A DNA stretch of 64,000 bases from Dehalococcoidia bacterium (GTDB taxonomy: Bacteria; Chloroflexota; Dehalococcoidia; Lucifugimonadales; QGNO01), in assembly GCA_965261825.1 (NCBI GenBank), contig OZ253484.1, positions 289,347-353,346 on the forward strand, written 5' to 3'. Of this stretch, positions 17,938 through 27,234 are shown piece by piece; position 1 is the first letter of the stretch, and each line of letters begins with the position of its first letter. The position numbers were made by a program, and so were the translations under genes. The notes below the pieces were generated by a model, which saw only the letters and a list, made by a program, of their open reading frames with translations, did not search any database and was not told the DNA's origin.

Positions 17938-19026
17938 ATGTCCCGCTATATCAAGACATTGCTGCTCTGTGGGCTGATGTTGTCCGCCGCCTGTGGCGCC
18001 CCCGCGCCAACCAGCACTCCGGACAGGACAGTGGTCTCCGGCGAGGTGCAGACCTTCTTTCTGGACATTCTCCAAGAGGTGGACTGCACGGTTCACAGCT
18101 CGCCCGGTCAGCCGTTCGACCGACCTCGGCTGGTGAGTGACGCGGACGGCAACGTCTGGGTGGTCTACAACCGGCTGCTCTCTTTTGTACCAGGATCTGC
18201 CGTTAGAGGCCAGGAGCTTGTGCTATGGAATAACCGAGAACAGTTCTCTGTGGAGCTCGACGATGCGCTGATAGGGAAGACACTGGTGGCTGCCGCTTCC
18301 AGCGGCGCGGGCAGACTCTGGCTGGGCTATCCGGACGGCGTGGTCGAGACGCTGCAGGACGTCCCTCCATTTGAAAAGACGGTTGCACCAGTTCCGGAAG
18401 GCCTTGGTGGTAGTGTACTGGAAATCGTGACCGATTCCGAAGAGCAGGTCGCCATGCTCCACCAAGGCGGCGAGCTGGAGGGAGTAAGCAGCATCTCCCT
18501 ATATGATGGAGATACCTGGCTGAGGCTTCCCTCTTTCAGTGACGCAGACCCTGTGTCTATGACCTTCGATGAGCAAAAGCGCCTCTGGGCGGTGCATGCT
18601 TCCTTGGGCGGGAGCATCACCGTGGCCTCATGGGAAGGTGGAGAGTGGTCGGTATTCAGCACGGCCACCCTGGAAGCGCAGCCGCACAAAATGCTGGTGG
18701 ACTCGCGAGGCCGGGTCTGGCTGGGCACCGACCGGGGGATGTACAGGTTCAACAGGCCTCCTCAATCGGAATCGGGCTGGGAACTGGAAAGGGAAACCGA
18801 CCTGCCCGGCGAGACCCTCCGCATGCTGGAACATTCGGATACGGGGTGGCAGGCCAGGCAAAGGGGAATAGTCATAGACACGGGAGAGCTGCCCATCGCC
18901 TGGGGAATCCCCGGAGTCAGCGACATGGCCTTTGATGCAGAGGACAACTTCTACGTGGTGTTCAGACCTGACATCACCAGGTCCCAGCTTCTCATCTGTC
19001 CTCCGGGCTCAGGTCCCAACCAGTAG
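17938..19026 (+). CDS. Lipoprotein with propeller-like repeats (two-component-regulator-propeller-like)
   Basis: ATG 17938 gives MSRYIKTLLLCGLMLSAACGAP (lipobox). Repeated motifs of the type RLWLGYPDGV, KRLWAV and RVWLGTDRGMYRF follow. The track ORF start at 17866 overlaps the MFS gene. Confidence 0.6.
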   Translation: MSRYIKTLLLCGLMLSAACGAPAPTSTPDRTVVSGEVQTFFLDILQEVDCTVHSSPGQPFDRPRLVSDADGNVWVVYNRLLSFVPGSAVRGQELVLWNNREQFSVELDDALIGKTLVAAASSGAGRLWLGYPDGVVETLQDVPPFEKTVAPVPEGLGGSVLEIVTDSEEQVAMLHQGGELEGVSSISLYDGDTWLRLPSFSDADPVSMTFDEQKRLWAVHASLGGSITVASWEGGEWSVFSTATLEAQPHKMLVDSRGRVWLGTDRGMYRFNRPPQSESGWELERETDLPGETLRMLEHSDTGWQARQRGIVIDTGELPIAWGIPGVSDMAFDAEDNFYVVFRPDITRSQLLICPPGSGPNQ

Positions 19027-19138
19027 CGGTAGGACAGAAACACGGACTGACCTCCCCTGCCCGCTCGTATGCCCGTATGTCGGCTTGTCCGTAATCGTGC
19101 TAGACTGACTTCACAGAGCAAGTGCCAGGAGGCGTGTC

Positions 19139-20578
19139 ATGGTGCAACCGGATACCAATAAGTCAGCGTGGTGGATAAAGGGCTCCTATTCTGATAGTGA
19201 GGTAGACCAGCTTGTGCAATGGGGCCTGGAGCACTTCTGGATGCAGAACCACCAGATGGCAGACCTGGTAGCTCCCGGGGGCTACAGCATCATGACACGC
19301 GGAGAAGGCAACTACGTGTACGATATCCAGGGCCGCAAGTACATAGACGGCATGGCCGGACTGTTCCTGAAGAACATAGGCCACCGCTGGCCGGAGATAG
19401 GGGAGGCGGTGAGTGAACAGATGACTACGCTGGCCTACGCCAATTCCGGTGCCTACAGCACGGTTCCGGGCATCCTTCTTGCCAAGAAGGTGGCCGAGCT
19501 TGCCCCGGGAGACCTGAACCGCGTCTTCTTCTGCGGCGGCGGCTCCGAGGCTGTAGAGATAGCCACCAAGCTGGCGAGGCAGTACCAGTTCATTACAGGC
19601 AACGCGTCCAGGACTAAGATCATCTCGCGGCGCGGCCAGTACCACGGTTCGACCACTACGGCTATGAGCATAGGCAACCGCGGCCGGCGCACGCACGGCA
19701 TGTTCGAGCCGTTCCAGCCCAACGCTATTCAGGTGGATCCGCCGTACTGCTACCGCTGTCCCTGGGGCTTTCAGGAGCGGACCAATGAGAGCTGCTGTAT
19801 GCTCAGCGTGAAGTCATTGGAGAACATCATAGAGGGAGAGGGCGCGGGCACCATAGCCGCATTCATCGGAACGCCGATCCCGAGCGGTAACCAGATACCC
19901 GCCGCCGAATACTGGCCCATGGTGCGTGAGCTGTGCGACAAGCACGGCATCCTTCTCGTTGCCGACGAGATCATTTGCGGATTCGGCAGGCTGGGCACCT
20001 GGTTCGGAATGGAGCGGTTCGGTGTCCAGGCCGACATCATGACGATAGCAAAAGCGCTGACCAGCGGAGAGTTGCCGGTGGGAGCAGTGGTAGCTTCCAA
20101 GCGAGTCGCGGACGCCTTCGACAACGCTGAAGGCGAGATGGGGCAGTTCCACCACGGAGTGACCTACGGCGGCCATCCAGCCGTCATGGCCGCTGGCTTG
20201 AAGAACCTTGAGATCATGGAGCGAGAGAACGTAGTGGACAACGCCGATGTCGTTGGCCGCTACCTCTACGACAAAGCCGTATCCGTGCTCCAGGAAAACC
20301 ACCCCACCGTGGGATACGTTGGCGGCGGGCTGGGTCTGCTCATGGCTATCGAGATTGTCAAGGACCGCAAGACCAAGGAACGGTACCCCGGCGGCTCCGA
20401 CGGGGCGTTCGCCAAGCGGTTCACCGACTTAGTTCGCGACAAAGGCCTGGCGATACGAGTGGGAGATAACATCACCCTGTCCCCGCCCCTCACCATAACA
20501 ACGGACATTGTGGATGACATCATTGAAATCCTTGACCAGTCGCTTACGGAGATGGAGAGGGAGTTCCCGCCGCAGTAG
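19139..20578 (+). CDS. Class III (omega) aminotransferase
   Basis: 479 aa. FFCGGGSEAVE, LLVADEIICGFGRLG, TIAKALTSG (PLP lysine context), GVTYGGHP. Confidence 0.9.
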   Translation: MVQPDTNKSAWWIKGSYSDSEVDQLVQWGLEHFWMQNHQMADLVAPGGYSIMTRGEGNYVYDIQGRKYIDGMAGLFLKNIGHRWPEIGEAVSEQMTTLAYANSGAYSTVPGILLAKKVAELAPGDLNRVFFCGGGSEAVEIATKLARQYQFITGNASRTKIISRRGQYHGSTTTAMSIGNRGRRTHGMFEPFQPNAIQVDPPYCYRCPWGFQERTNESCCMLSVKSLENIIEGEGAGTIAAFIGTPIPSGNQIPAAEYWPMVRELCDKHGILLVADEIICGFGRLGTWFGMERFGVQADIMTIAKALTSGELPVGAVVASKRVADAFDNAEGEMGQFHHGVTYGGHPAVMAAGLKNLEIMERENVVDNADVVGRYLYDKAVSVLQENHPTVGYVGGGLGLLMAIEIVKDRKTKERYPGGSDGAFAKRFTDLVRDKGLAIRVGDNITLSPPLTITTDIVDDIIEILDQSLTEMEREFPPQ

Positions 20579-20614
20579 AGTGTGCTAAACTGAAACAACC
20601 ACATTGAGGACGCT

Positions 20615-20830
20615 GTGACCACTCAACCTACCCAGATAACAGAGGAACAGATGCAGGCCTTGGCAGCCGCGCAGGGAACCAGCATCTCGGAGCAGGAGCT
20701 TCCCTACCTGACAAGAGCGGTTGGCGTAGTCATGCTCTCCATAAACCACCTCAACACCGCTGAGCTTCACGCCATACAGCCACCCCTCTTCTACCGCGTT
20801 CCCCGCAACACAACGCCTGACGTCTCTTGA
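20615..20830 (+). CDS. Small GatC-like / AtzG-like protein
   Basis: 71 aa. ITEEQMQALAAAQGTSISEQELPYLTRAVGVVMLSINHLNTAELHAIQPP follows the GatC pattern (I.EE....A.LA...L.EEEL......L..IL.....L...D....P). Its stop overlaps the rhomboid TTG start. Confidence 0.5.
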   Translation: MTTQPTQITEEQMQALAAAQGTSISEQELPYLTRAVGVVMLSINHLNTAELHAIQPPLFYRVPRNTTPDVS

Positions 20831-21588
20831 TCCCTCTCGCCAATAGCGTAAGCCGCCACAAGCGTCCCTTTGTCACTTACTCCCTAATTGGTATCAACTC
20901 CTTGGTCTTTCTCTATACCCTGTTTCTAGGCAGCGATGTCTCCGTTTTCTACTACAAGTTTGGAGTCATACCTGATGAGTTCACCTCCGGGCGCGGCTTC
21001 GAGGTACTGCTTACTCCGGAAGGCAGGCGGGATATCACAACGCCGTTTCCTACCTGGGGGACGCTATTTTCGTCCATGTTCATCCACGGCGGTCTGGTCC
21101 ACTTCGGCAGCAACATGCTGTATCTGTGGGTCTTTGGGGACAACATGGAAGACCGCATGGGTCACTTGGTATATCTGGGGTTCTACCTGATGGCAGGAGC
21201 GGCAGCGGCGTGGATGCAGATAGCTGTAGACACCGGCTCACAGTTGCCCACCATAGGCGCCAGCGGGGCTATAGCAGGTGTGCTGGGCGCATATTTGATG
21301 GTGTACCCGTACAGCAGGATACGCACCCTAGTCATTTTCTTTTTCATCACGGTGATCCAGATACCGGCCACGTTGTTGCTTGGAGTGTGGATACTGCTCC
21401 AGTTCTGGGGCGGCCTGGGCACCATTGCCGGCGCCAGCAGCGGTGTGGCGTACTGGGCGCACATAGGAGGATTCTTTGCCGGCGTGGCCTCGGTAGCGGC
21501 GGTCCGCCTTCTCTTGCGCCGTCCCATCTGGCCGGGGCGCTCGCCCCCGCCGCCTCCGCCGGTGTTCTGGCGTGGCGAATGGCGTTAG
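20827..21588 (+). CDS. Rhomboid family intramembrane serine protease
   Basis: 253 aa. FIHGGLVHFGSNM, catalytic GASGAIAGVLGAY, later catalytic His in AHIGGFFAG. Confidence 0.88.
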   Translation: MIPLANSVSRHKRPFVTYSLIGINSLVFLYTLFLGSDVSVFYYKFGVIPDEFTSGRGFEVLLTPEGRRDITTPFPTWGTLFSSMFIHGGLVHFGSNMLYLWVFGDNMEDRMGHLVYLGFYLMAGAAAAWMQIAVDTGSQLPTIGASGAIAGVLGAYLMVYPYSRIRTLVIFFFITVIQIPATLLLGVWILLQFWGGLGTIAGASSGVAYWAHIGGFFAGVASVAAVRLLLRRPIWPGRSPPPPPPVFWRGEWR

Positions 21589-21681
21589 TTACAGGAAGAG
21601 TGAAAGCTACAGATTCCAATGTAGGTAGTGTCACAACGGGTGGTAAACTGGCCCCGCTCATTCCCATCTAGGAGAGGAAGA

Positions 21682-22071
21682 ATGCCCGTAAAAGCCACGT
21701 TTAAGATCATAAGCTGGGAAGAGGAGCCATTCGACGAACCAGAGGACGGGCCGAAGCTGACCCGGGCACACATAAGAAAGTCTTTCCACGGTGACCTGTC
21801 CGGTACAGGCAACCTCATGTACATAATGACGTACCTCGACAGTGGGGTCGCCTCGTTCACAGGTTTCGAGAAGGTTGTGGGCAGCCTAGGCGGGCGAACA
21901 GGCAGCTTCGTGCTACGGCACACGGGGTTTTTCGACGGAGAAAAGGCCACGGCGGAGTACGAGGTGGTTCCAGGGTCGGGCACCGACGAGCTAGCTGGGC
22001 TTTCGGGTACTGGCGGGTTCTCTGCTGGACATGCCGAGGAGCACGACATGACGTTGGATTATGAAGTGTAA
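21682..22071 (+). CDS. DUF3224 domain protein
   Basis: MPVKATFKIISWEEEPFDE...FHGDLSGTG...GSLGGRTGSFVLRH...VVPGSGTDELAGLSGTGGF matches my recollection of DUF3224. GGAGAGG Shine-Dalgarno lies upstream of ATG 21682. Confidence 0.8.
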   Translation: MPVKATFKIISWEEEPFDEPEDGPKLTRAHIRKSFHGDLSGTGNLMYIMTYLDSGVASFTGFEKVVGSLGGRTGSFVLRHTGFFDGEKATAEYEVVPGSGTDELAGLSGTGGFSAGHAEEHDMTLDYEV

Positions 22072-22119
22072 CTCGCCTACGGCCTACCCTACTCTTTCCA
22101 CGCCATGTAGAATGTACGG

Positions 22120-22995
22120 GTGACTCCCAATATCAACCCAACCGATAGAAGACTGCGTCTGCGTCGAATGCTGGAGGGGGACGACTGCATTCGGCCCGCT
22201 TCGGTCTTCGATCCCGTCTCGGCGCGCATCGCCAGTTCCGTGGGCTTCAAAGTCGCCATGTTTGCCGGATCTGTAGCTTCCGCCGTGGTGCTGGGCGCGC
22301 CCGACATAGTAGTGCTCACCCTCAGCGAGTTTGCTGAACAGGCACGCCGCATCACCCGCGCTGCAGACCTCAGTCTCATAGTAGACGCTGACCATGGTTA
22401 TGGAAACGCTCTTAACGTAATGCGCACCGTGCAAGAGTTGGAGAATGCCGGCGTATCCGCCCTTACACTGGAAGACACCGTACTCCCTAGGCCATTCCGT
22501 CAGCAGAAAGGCGAGGAGTTGCTGGCCGTGGAAGCAATGAAGAACAACCTGAAGGCGGCGCTGGCTGCCAGGCAGGACCCCTCCCTTGTCATAGTGGGGC
22601 GTACGGCTGCCGCGGGCTTCGCAGGAGCTGACGAGGCTGCCAGGAGAGTGGAGGCGTATTCCTCTACGGGCGTCGATGCCGTATTCCTCACCGGCCTGAC
22701 CACCCGCGAGGACCTTGAGAAGGTACGAACCTCCACGTCACTGCCACTCATGCTGGGTAGCACACCGCCTGAGCTGGAAGACCTGGACTACCTTGCGGGC
22801 ATGGGTGTGCGCGTGGCCTTGGCGGGGCATTTACCGTTTCAAATAGCCGTTAAGGCTACCTATGATGCCATGTATCATCTCAGCCGCGGCGGCTCTCCGC
22901 GCGACCTCCAAGATAGCGCGGCCACAGCGCAGCTTATGGAAGTGGCAACGGGACAGGAGCAGTATTCCAACTGGCAGAAACAGTTCCTGGAATGA
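22120..22995 (+). CDS. Isocitrate lyase/PEP mutase superfamily enzyme (oxaloacetate decarboxylase or methylisocitrate lyase-like)
   Basis: 291 aa. PASVFDPVSARIA, IVDADHGYGNALNV, AGVSALTLED. Confidence 0.85.
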   Translation: MTPNINPTDRRLRLRRMLEGDDCIRPASVFDPVSARIASSVGFKVAMFAGSVASAVVLGAPDIVVLTLSEFAEQARRITRAADLSLIVDADHGYGNALNVMRTVQELENAGVSALTLEDTVLPRPFRQQKGEELLAVEAMKNNLKAALAARQDPSLVIVGRTAAAGFAGADEAARRVEAYSSTGVDAVFLTGLTTREDLEKVRTSTSLPLMLGSTPPELEDLDYLAGMGVRVALAGHLPFQIAVKATYDAMYHLSRGGSPRDLQDSAATAQLMEVATGQEQYSNWQKQFLE

Positions 22996-23004
22996 GAGAA
23001 ACAC

Positions 23005-24120
23005 ATGACCGAGAATGAGAGTCCCGATGTTGTAATAGTGGGCGCGGGCGTGGTCGGCGCAGCCGCCGCATACTACCTGGCAAAGGCCGGGGCAAAGGTG
23101 ACCATCCTGGATAAAGACTCCATTGGCGTGCATGCCTCTGGACTGGCATTGGGCGGCCTAGGCCCCCTTTCCGGCGCGGGCATCCCCGACCCTATCGGCG
23201 GCCTCTGCATGGAAAGCTGGCGCCTGCATCTTGAACTTAGCCAAGCGCTGCCTGAGGAATCGGGCTATGACTACGAATTTCAGACCGGTACCTCAGTTGC
23301 GGTAGCGTTCAACACAGAGGAGGAGCGGATACTGAAAGAGCAAATTCCCTGGCAGACGTCACAGGACGGCTTCAAGGTGGAGTGGATGGAAAAGGCGGAC
23401 ATCCTGGCCATTGAGCCCCGCTTGGTCTCCATGGTGGTTGGCGGAGTGGTGAAAGAGCCAAGCGCTATGCTTAACACTTACAAATTCAACCACGCTCTTG
23501 TTGCGGGGGCGCTCAAGTACGGGGCCACGCTGACGATGGAAAAGGTTGCCGGCCTCCTGTTCGATGGTGGCCGTGTCAGTGGGGTGTCCCTGCAGGACGG
23601 TGGAGCAGTCCACTGTGACAGAGTGATTATCGCCATGGGAGCCTGGTCTAACGATGCCTCGGCATGGCTGGATTTCACGGTGCCCATATCACCGCTGAAG
23701 GGGCAGATACTCCGGCTTCGCTCAGAGGGACCGCCGATTCCTCATATCAACTGGAACGGCAGCTACGCTGTCTCTAAGCCCGACGGTTTGGTTTGGGTCG
23801 GCACCACCGAGGAGAAGGCCGGATTCGACGATACGCCATCTGCTGCGGGGAGGCAGACTATTGTGCGGTCGGTTGCCACCGTACTGCCTCACTTGGCGCG
23901 GGCTGACGTTGTTAAGCAAACCGCCTGCCTGCGTCCTGTGTCTCCCGACGGGCTGCCTGTGCTTGGTCGGATACCGGCGAAACCTGGAGTTATTGTGGCC
24001 AGCGGCGCGGGCAGAAAAGGGATACTAATGGGGCCGGCAATGGGCAAAGCGGCGGCTGACTTGGTGTTGAAAGGAACGTCTACCCTGGACCTGTTCGCCC
24101 TTTCCCCCGGACGCTTTTGA
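23005..24120 (+). CDS. FAD-dependent oxidoreductase (DAO family)
   Basis: 371 aa. N-terminal dinucleotide fold DVVIVGAGVVGAAAAYYLAKAG and a DAO-like C-terminus. Confidence 0.88.
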   Translation: MTENESPDVVIVGAGVVGAAAAYYLAKAGAKVTILDKDSIGVHASGLALGGLGPLSGAGIPDPIGGLCMESWRLHLELSQALPEESGYDYEFQTGTSVAVAFNTEEERILKEQIPWQTSQDGFKVEWMEKADILAIEPRLVSMVVGGVVKEPSAMLNTYKFNHALVAGALKYGATLTMEKVAGLLFDGGRVSGVSLQDGGAVHCDRVIIAMGAWSNDASAWLDFTVPISPLKGQILRLRSEGPPIPHINWNGSYAVSKPDGLVWVGTTEEKAGFDDTPSAAGRQTIVRSVATVLPHLARADVVKQTACLRPVSPDGLPVLGRIPAKPGVIVASGAGRKGILMGPAMGKAAADLVLKGTSTLDLFALSPGRF

Positions 24121-24240
24121 GCTGCGGCCTGTTTGGTCCGTTGCCAAGCCACTTACGCCCTACTCGCCCCTAACAAGGACCACCTTTGCGACGCTGGCAG
24201 GGCCGCGATTGCAACCCTGATTAGCTTAAACTACCTGCTA

Positions 24241-24254
24241 TACTGTCGACAGTA
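24241..24254. promoter_or_regulatory. 14-bp perfect palindrome, candidate operator upstream of MFS paralog 3
   Basis: tactgtcgacagta read directly. It overlaps a TATACT -10-like hexamer (24239..24244) and lies 6 nt upstream of the GGAGG SD of the 24272 start. Confidence 0.3.
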
Positions 24255-24271
24255 GACTGAGGAGGGACTGC

Positions 24272-25597
24272 TTGTCGAATCAGCCGGCCTCCAAGGCGGG
24301 GCGTGGCATCTTCTTCGGCTGGTGGATAATATTTGCCGGCCTGGCTGGAATGGCGGTGAGCGTTGGTTTCGCCAATCACGGGCTGAACGCGTTCATCATT
24401 CCCCTCTCTGAAGAGTTCAGCGTTGACATAGCCATCGTTGCCTCCATCATCGTCCTTGGCCGTATCGAGACGGCCTTCATCGGTCCCGTAGAAGGCTACC
24501 TTGTGGACAGGTTCGGCCCACGAACCATGATGTTCATTGGTGTGCCTATCTTGGGCGTGGGGCTGTTCATGGTCAGCATATCCCCCAATCTTCCTACTTT
24601 CATCGCTTCGTTCCTGCTTGGCGTGATATTGGGCACAAGCCTGGGGTTCAGCATGCCCATCTCTACCGCGGTTGCCAACTGGTGGCGCCGCAAGCGCGGC
24701 CGCGCCTTCGGTATCATGTGGCTGGGGTTCAGCGTCGGCGCCTTCATGGTCTGGCCCATCAACGAGTTGATAGAAGCCCACGGCTGGCGTTGGGCCTTCC
24801 GCGTCATGGCTATAGCCACCTTCATCGTTGGACTGCCTGTTGCTGCCCTGATGCGACATAAGCCTGAGCAATACGGTATGCTCCCAGACGGCGATGCCCC
24901 CTACCAGCAGCCCGTGCCTCGTGCCAGCGAAGAGGCCGCTGTAAAGAAGAACGACGAGGAAGAGGAGATCAACTTCACCGTCTGGGAGGCATTGAAGACG
25001 CCGACGCTGTGGTACTTCACCACCGCCGTCTCAGTGCGTGGCGCCGTGACCGGCGCCGTAGCCATAAACCTGTTCCCCTTGGTGGGATCCATGGGTGGCA
25101 CCTCCAGCCAGGCCGCCTTTCTCTTTGTCATCCATGCCATTTTCAGCGCACCGGGCAGGCTGTTTTTCAGTTGGGCCGGAGACTGGTTCAACAAACGTTA
25201 TCTCATGGCCGTTTTGCTCGCCCTGCTTGGCGGGGCCGTGCTCGCTATGTCTCAAGTCAACTCCATCTTTGTGCTCACCCTGGTATACGCTCCGTACGCG
25301 CTGGTCTGGGGCGGACTCTCTTCACTGCCCCAATCCCTCCGCGCCGACCTGTTCGGCAGGAAGCACTACGCTTCGATTCAGGGCGCCGTGGCGCCCTTCC
25401 GCACCGGCTTCACCTTTGCCGCGCCTGTATTCGCTGCCTGGATGTTCGACCGCACCGGCACGTATGAGGTGCCGCTGCTGGTGTTTGGAGTGCTGGCCTT
25501 CATTTCCATGGCCATGATCCTGATGGCGAAGCCCCCGGCCAAGCGGCCCTCAGGCCAGCAAGCCGGCGCGTCGCAGGCTGTCAGCGCCGACGGCTAG
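24272..25597 (+). CDS. MFS transporter (paralog 3, more divergent)
   Basis: 441 aa with about 12 hydrophobic segments. DRFGPRTMM and MRHKPEQYGMLPDG are collinear with the other two MFS proteins. C-terminal LMAKPPAK. Confidence 0.85.
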   Translation: MSNQPASKAGRGIFFGWWIIFAGLAGMAVSVGFANHGLNAFIIPLSEEFSVDIAIVASIIVLGRIETAFIGPVEGYLVDRFGPRTMMFIGVPILGVGLFMVSISPNLPTFIASFLLGVILGTSLGFSMPISTAVANWWRRKRGRAFGIMWLGFSVGAFMVWPINELIEAHGWRWAFRVMAIATFIVGLPVAALMRHKPEQYGMLPDGDAPYQQPVPRASEEAAVKKNDEEEEINFTVWEALKTPTLWYFTTAVSVRGAVTGAVAINLFPLVGSMGGTSSQAAFLFVIHAIFSAPGRLFFSWAGDWFNKRYLMAVLLALLGGAVLAMSQVNSIFVLTLVYAPYALVWGGLSSLPQSLRADLFGRKHYASIQGAVAPFRTGFTFAAPVFAAWMFDRTGTYEVPLLVFGVLAFISMAMILMAKPPAKRPSGQQAGASQAVSADG

Positions 25598-27192
25598 TCG
25601 ATCCGGCGGCGCAGGTCTCGCAGCCGCCTCAGTGGGGAGTCTCCGCCGCTGAACATCTCCACCAAGCGCAAGTACTCGCGATATAACACGTCATACGTAG
25701 CTCTGTGCTCCGGGACAGGCTCTACCTTGTAGGCGGCTGCGGGCGCCATCGCCTTGGCCGCATCTTGCACCGACTCATAAGCGCCCGCAGCCACCGCTCC
25801 CAGCACGGCGGCGCCCAAGGTGCTGGGCTGCTCGCTGGTGGCCACTTCCAGGGGCAGACCTATGACGTCCGCGTATATCTGTAGAAGCATGCGGTTAGCC
25901 GTCAACCCTCCTCCGGCACGCAGGCCGGACACGGTGAGACCCGATTTGCGAAAGGTATCTACGACATACCTGGACCCGAAGGCCGTGGACTCGACCAGGG
26001 CGCGGTACACCGCTTCGTTAGCCGTTTGCAGGGTGTAGCCTATGACGACGCCGCTAAGGTCGGCGTCCACCTCAGGCTTGCGGCCGCCGTTCCACCAGTC
26101 CAGCGCCAAGAGTCCGCTCTCGCCCGGCGCTAGACGCGCTGCTCTAGCGGTCAATTCTTCGTGAGAGACGCCCACTTGCTCGGTGAACCAGTTGAAGGCG
26201 TCTCCCACCGCTACCTGGGGCACTCCGTAAAGGTAGTATCCGGGGAACATGGCATCGGCCGCTACCCCCGCTATCCCCGGAACGGGCGCCTCTTTTTCGG
26301 CGAGCAGGAAGTGTACTATAGAGGTGCCCATCACCATGTATATGACCCCGTTGGCGGCAATCCCACCGCCTATGGCCCCTGCAGGCCCGTCTATGGTGGG
26401 CACAGCTACTTTAACCCCAGTGGAAAGCCCCAACGTCTCCGCCCAGTATGGCTTGAGTGTTCCCGCCCGCGTTCCCGGCACGGCAATCTCTCCCGAGCAT
26501 TTGCTTTGGTAAAACTCAGCTAGACCTGGAGCCACGGATGCCAGATACTCCTTGGACGGCGGCCCCTCCTTGCCGTGAATGTAGGCGAGATATCCAGCGG
26601 CGAAAGCGTTGCGCCGGAAGGCGCCGGTAAGCTGCCATACCAGCCAGTCGCTCTCTTCCACCAAGAGGTCCGCCTCCTGGTATATAAGTGGTGCTTCCTC
26701 AAGCAGCTCCAGCGCCTTGGGCAACATGAACGCCGGCGAGACCGCGCCGCCGCATCGCTCTAGCCACTTCTCGCCGCGCTTCACTGCCGCTTCCGTAAAG
26801 CGCTCTGCCTGTGCCTGCGCCGAGTTGTGCTTCCACAGCTTGGGCCAGGCATGGGGATACCCCTTCCAGCGGGGGAGGAACGACAATGGCGTGCCATCAC
26901 TCTTCACTGGCAGCACACTGCAGCCTGTGGTATCAATGCCCAGGCCGCTGATCAGAGAACTGTCTACTTCCTTGACCACCGCTCTGACCGCGGCAGTCAT
27001 CGAGTCCAGCCAGTCTTGGGGGTGCTGCAACGCCCACTGTGGCGCCAGCAAAACTCCATTTTCAGGGAGGCGCCGGTCGATAACGCCATGCCGATACGAT
27101 TCGATAGCAGTGGCGAGCACCGTACCCGTTTCTGCATCAACCACCTGGGCGCGCACCGACAGTGTGCCAAAATCCAAGCCAATTACAAGCAT
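25594..27192 (-). CDS. FGGY-family carbohydrate kinase (ribulokinase-like)
   Basis: 532 aa. N-terminal LVIGLDFGTLSVRA, later GGGLTANRMLLQIYADVIG. Confidence 0.88.
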   Translation of the reverse strand: MLVIGLDFGTLSVRAQVVDAETGTVLATAIESYRHGVIDRRLPENGVLLAPQWALQHPQDWLDSMTAAVRAVVKEVDSSLISGLGIDTTGCSVLPVKSDGTPLSFLPRWKGYPHAWPKLWKHNSAQAQAERFTEAAVKRGEKWLERCGGAVSPAFMLPKALELLEEAPLIYQEADLLVEESDWLVWQLTGAFRRNAFAAGYLAYIHGKEGPPSKEYLASVAPGLAEFYQSKCSGEIAVPGTRAGTLKPYWAETLGLSTGVKVAVPTIDGPAGAIGGGIAANGVIYMVMGTSIVHFLLAEKEAPVPGIAGVAADAMFPGYYLYGVPQVAVGDAFNWFTEQVGVSHEELTARAARLAPGESGLLALDWWNGGRKPEVDADLSGVVIGYTLQTANEAVYRALVESTAFGSRYVVDTFRKSGLTVSGLRAGGGLTANRMLLQIYADVIGLPLEVATSEQPSTLGAAVLGAVAAGAYESVQDAAKAMAPAAAYKVEPVPEHRATYDVLYREYLRLVEMFSGGDSPLRRLRDLRRRID

Positions 27193-27234
27193 AGTTACCT
27201 ACACTGTGCAGGGCCGTGAGATCATCGACGTAAT

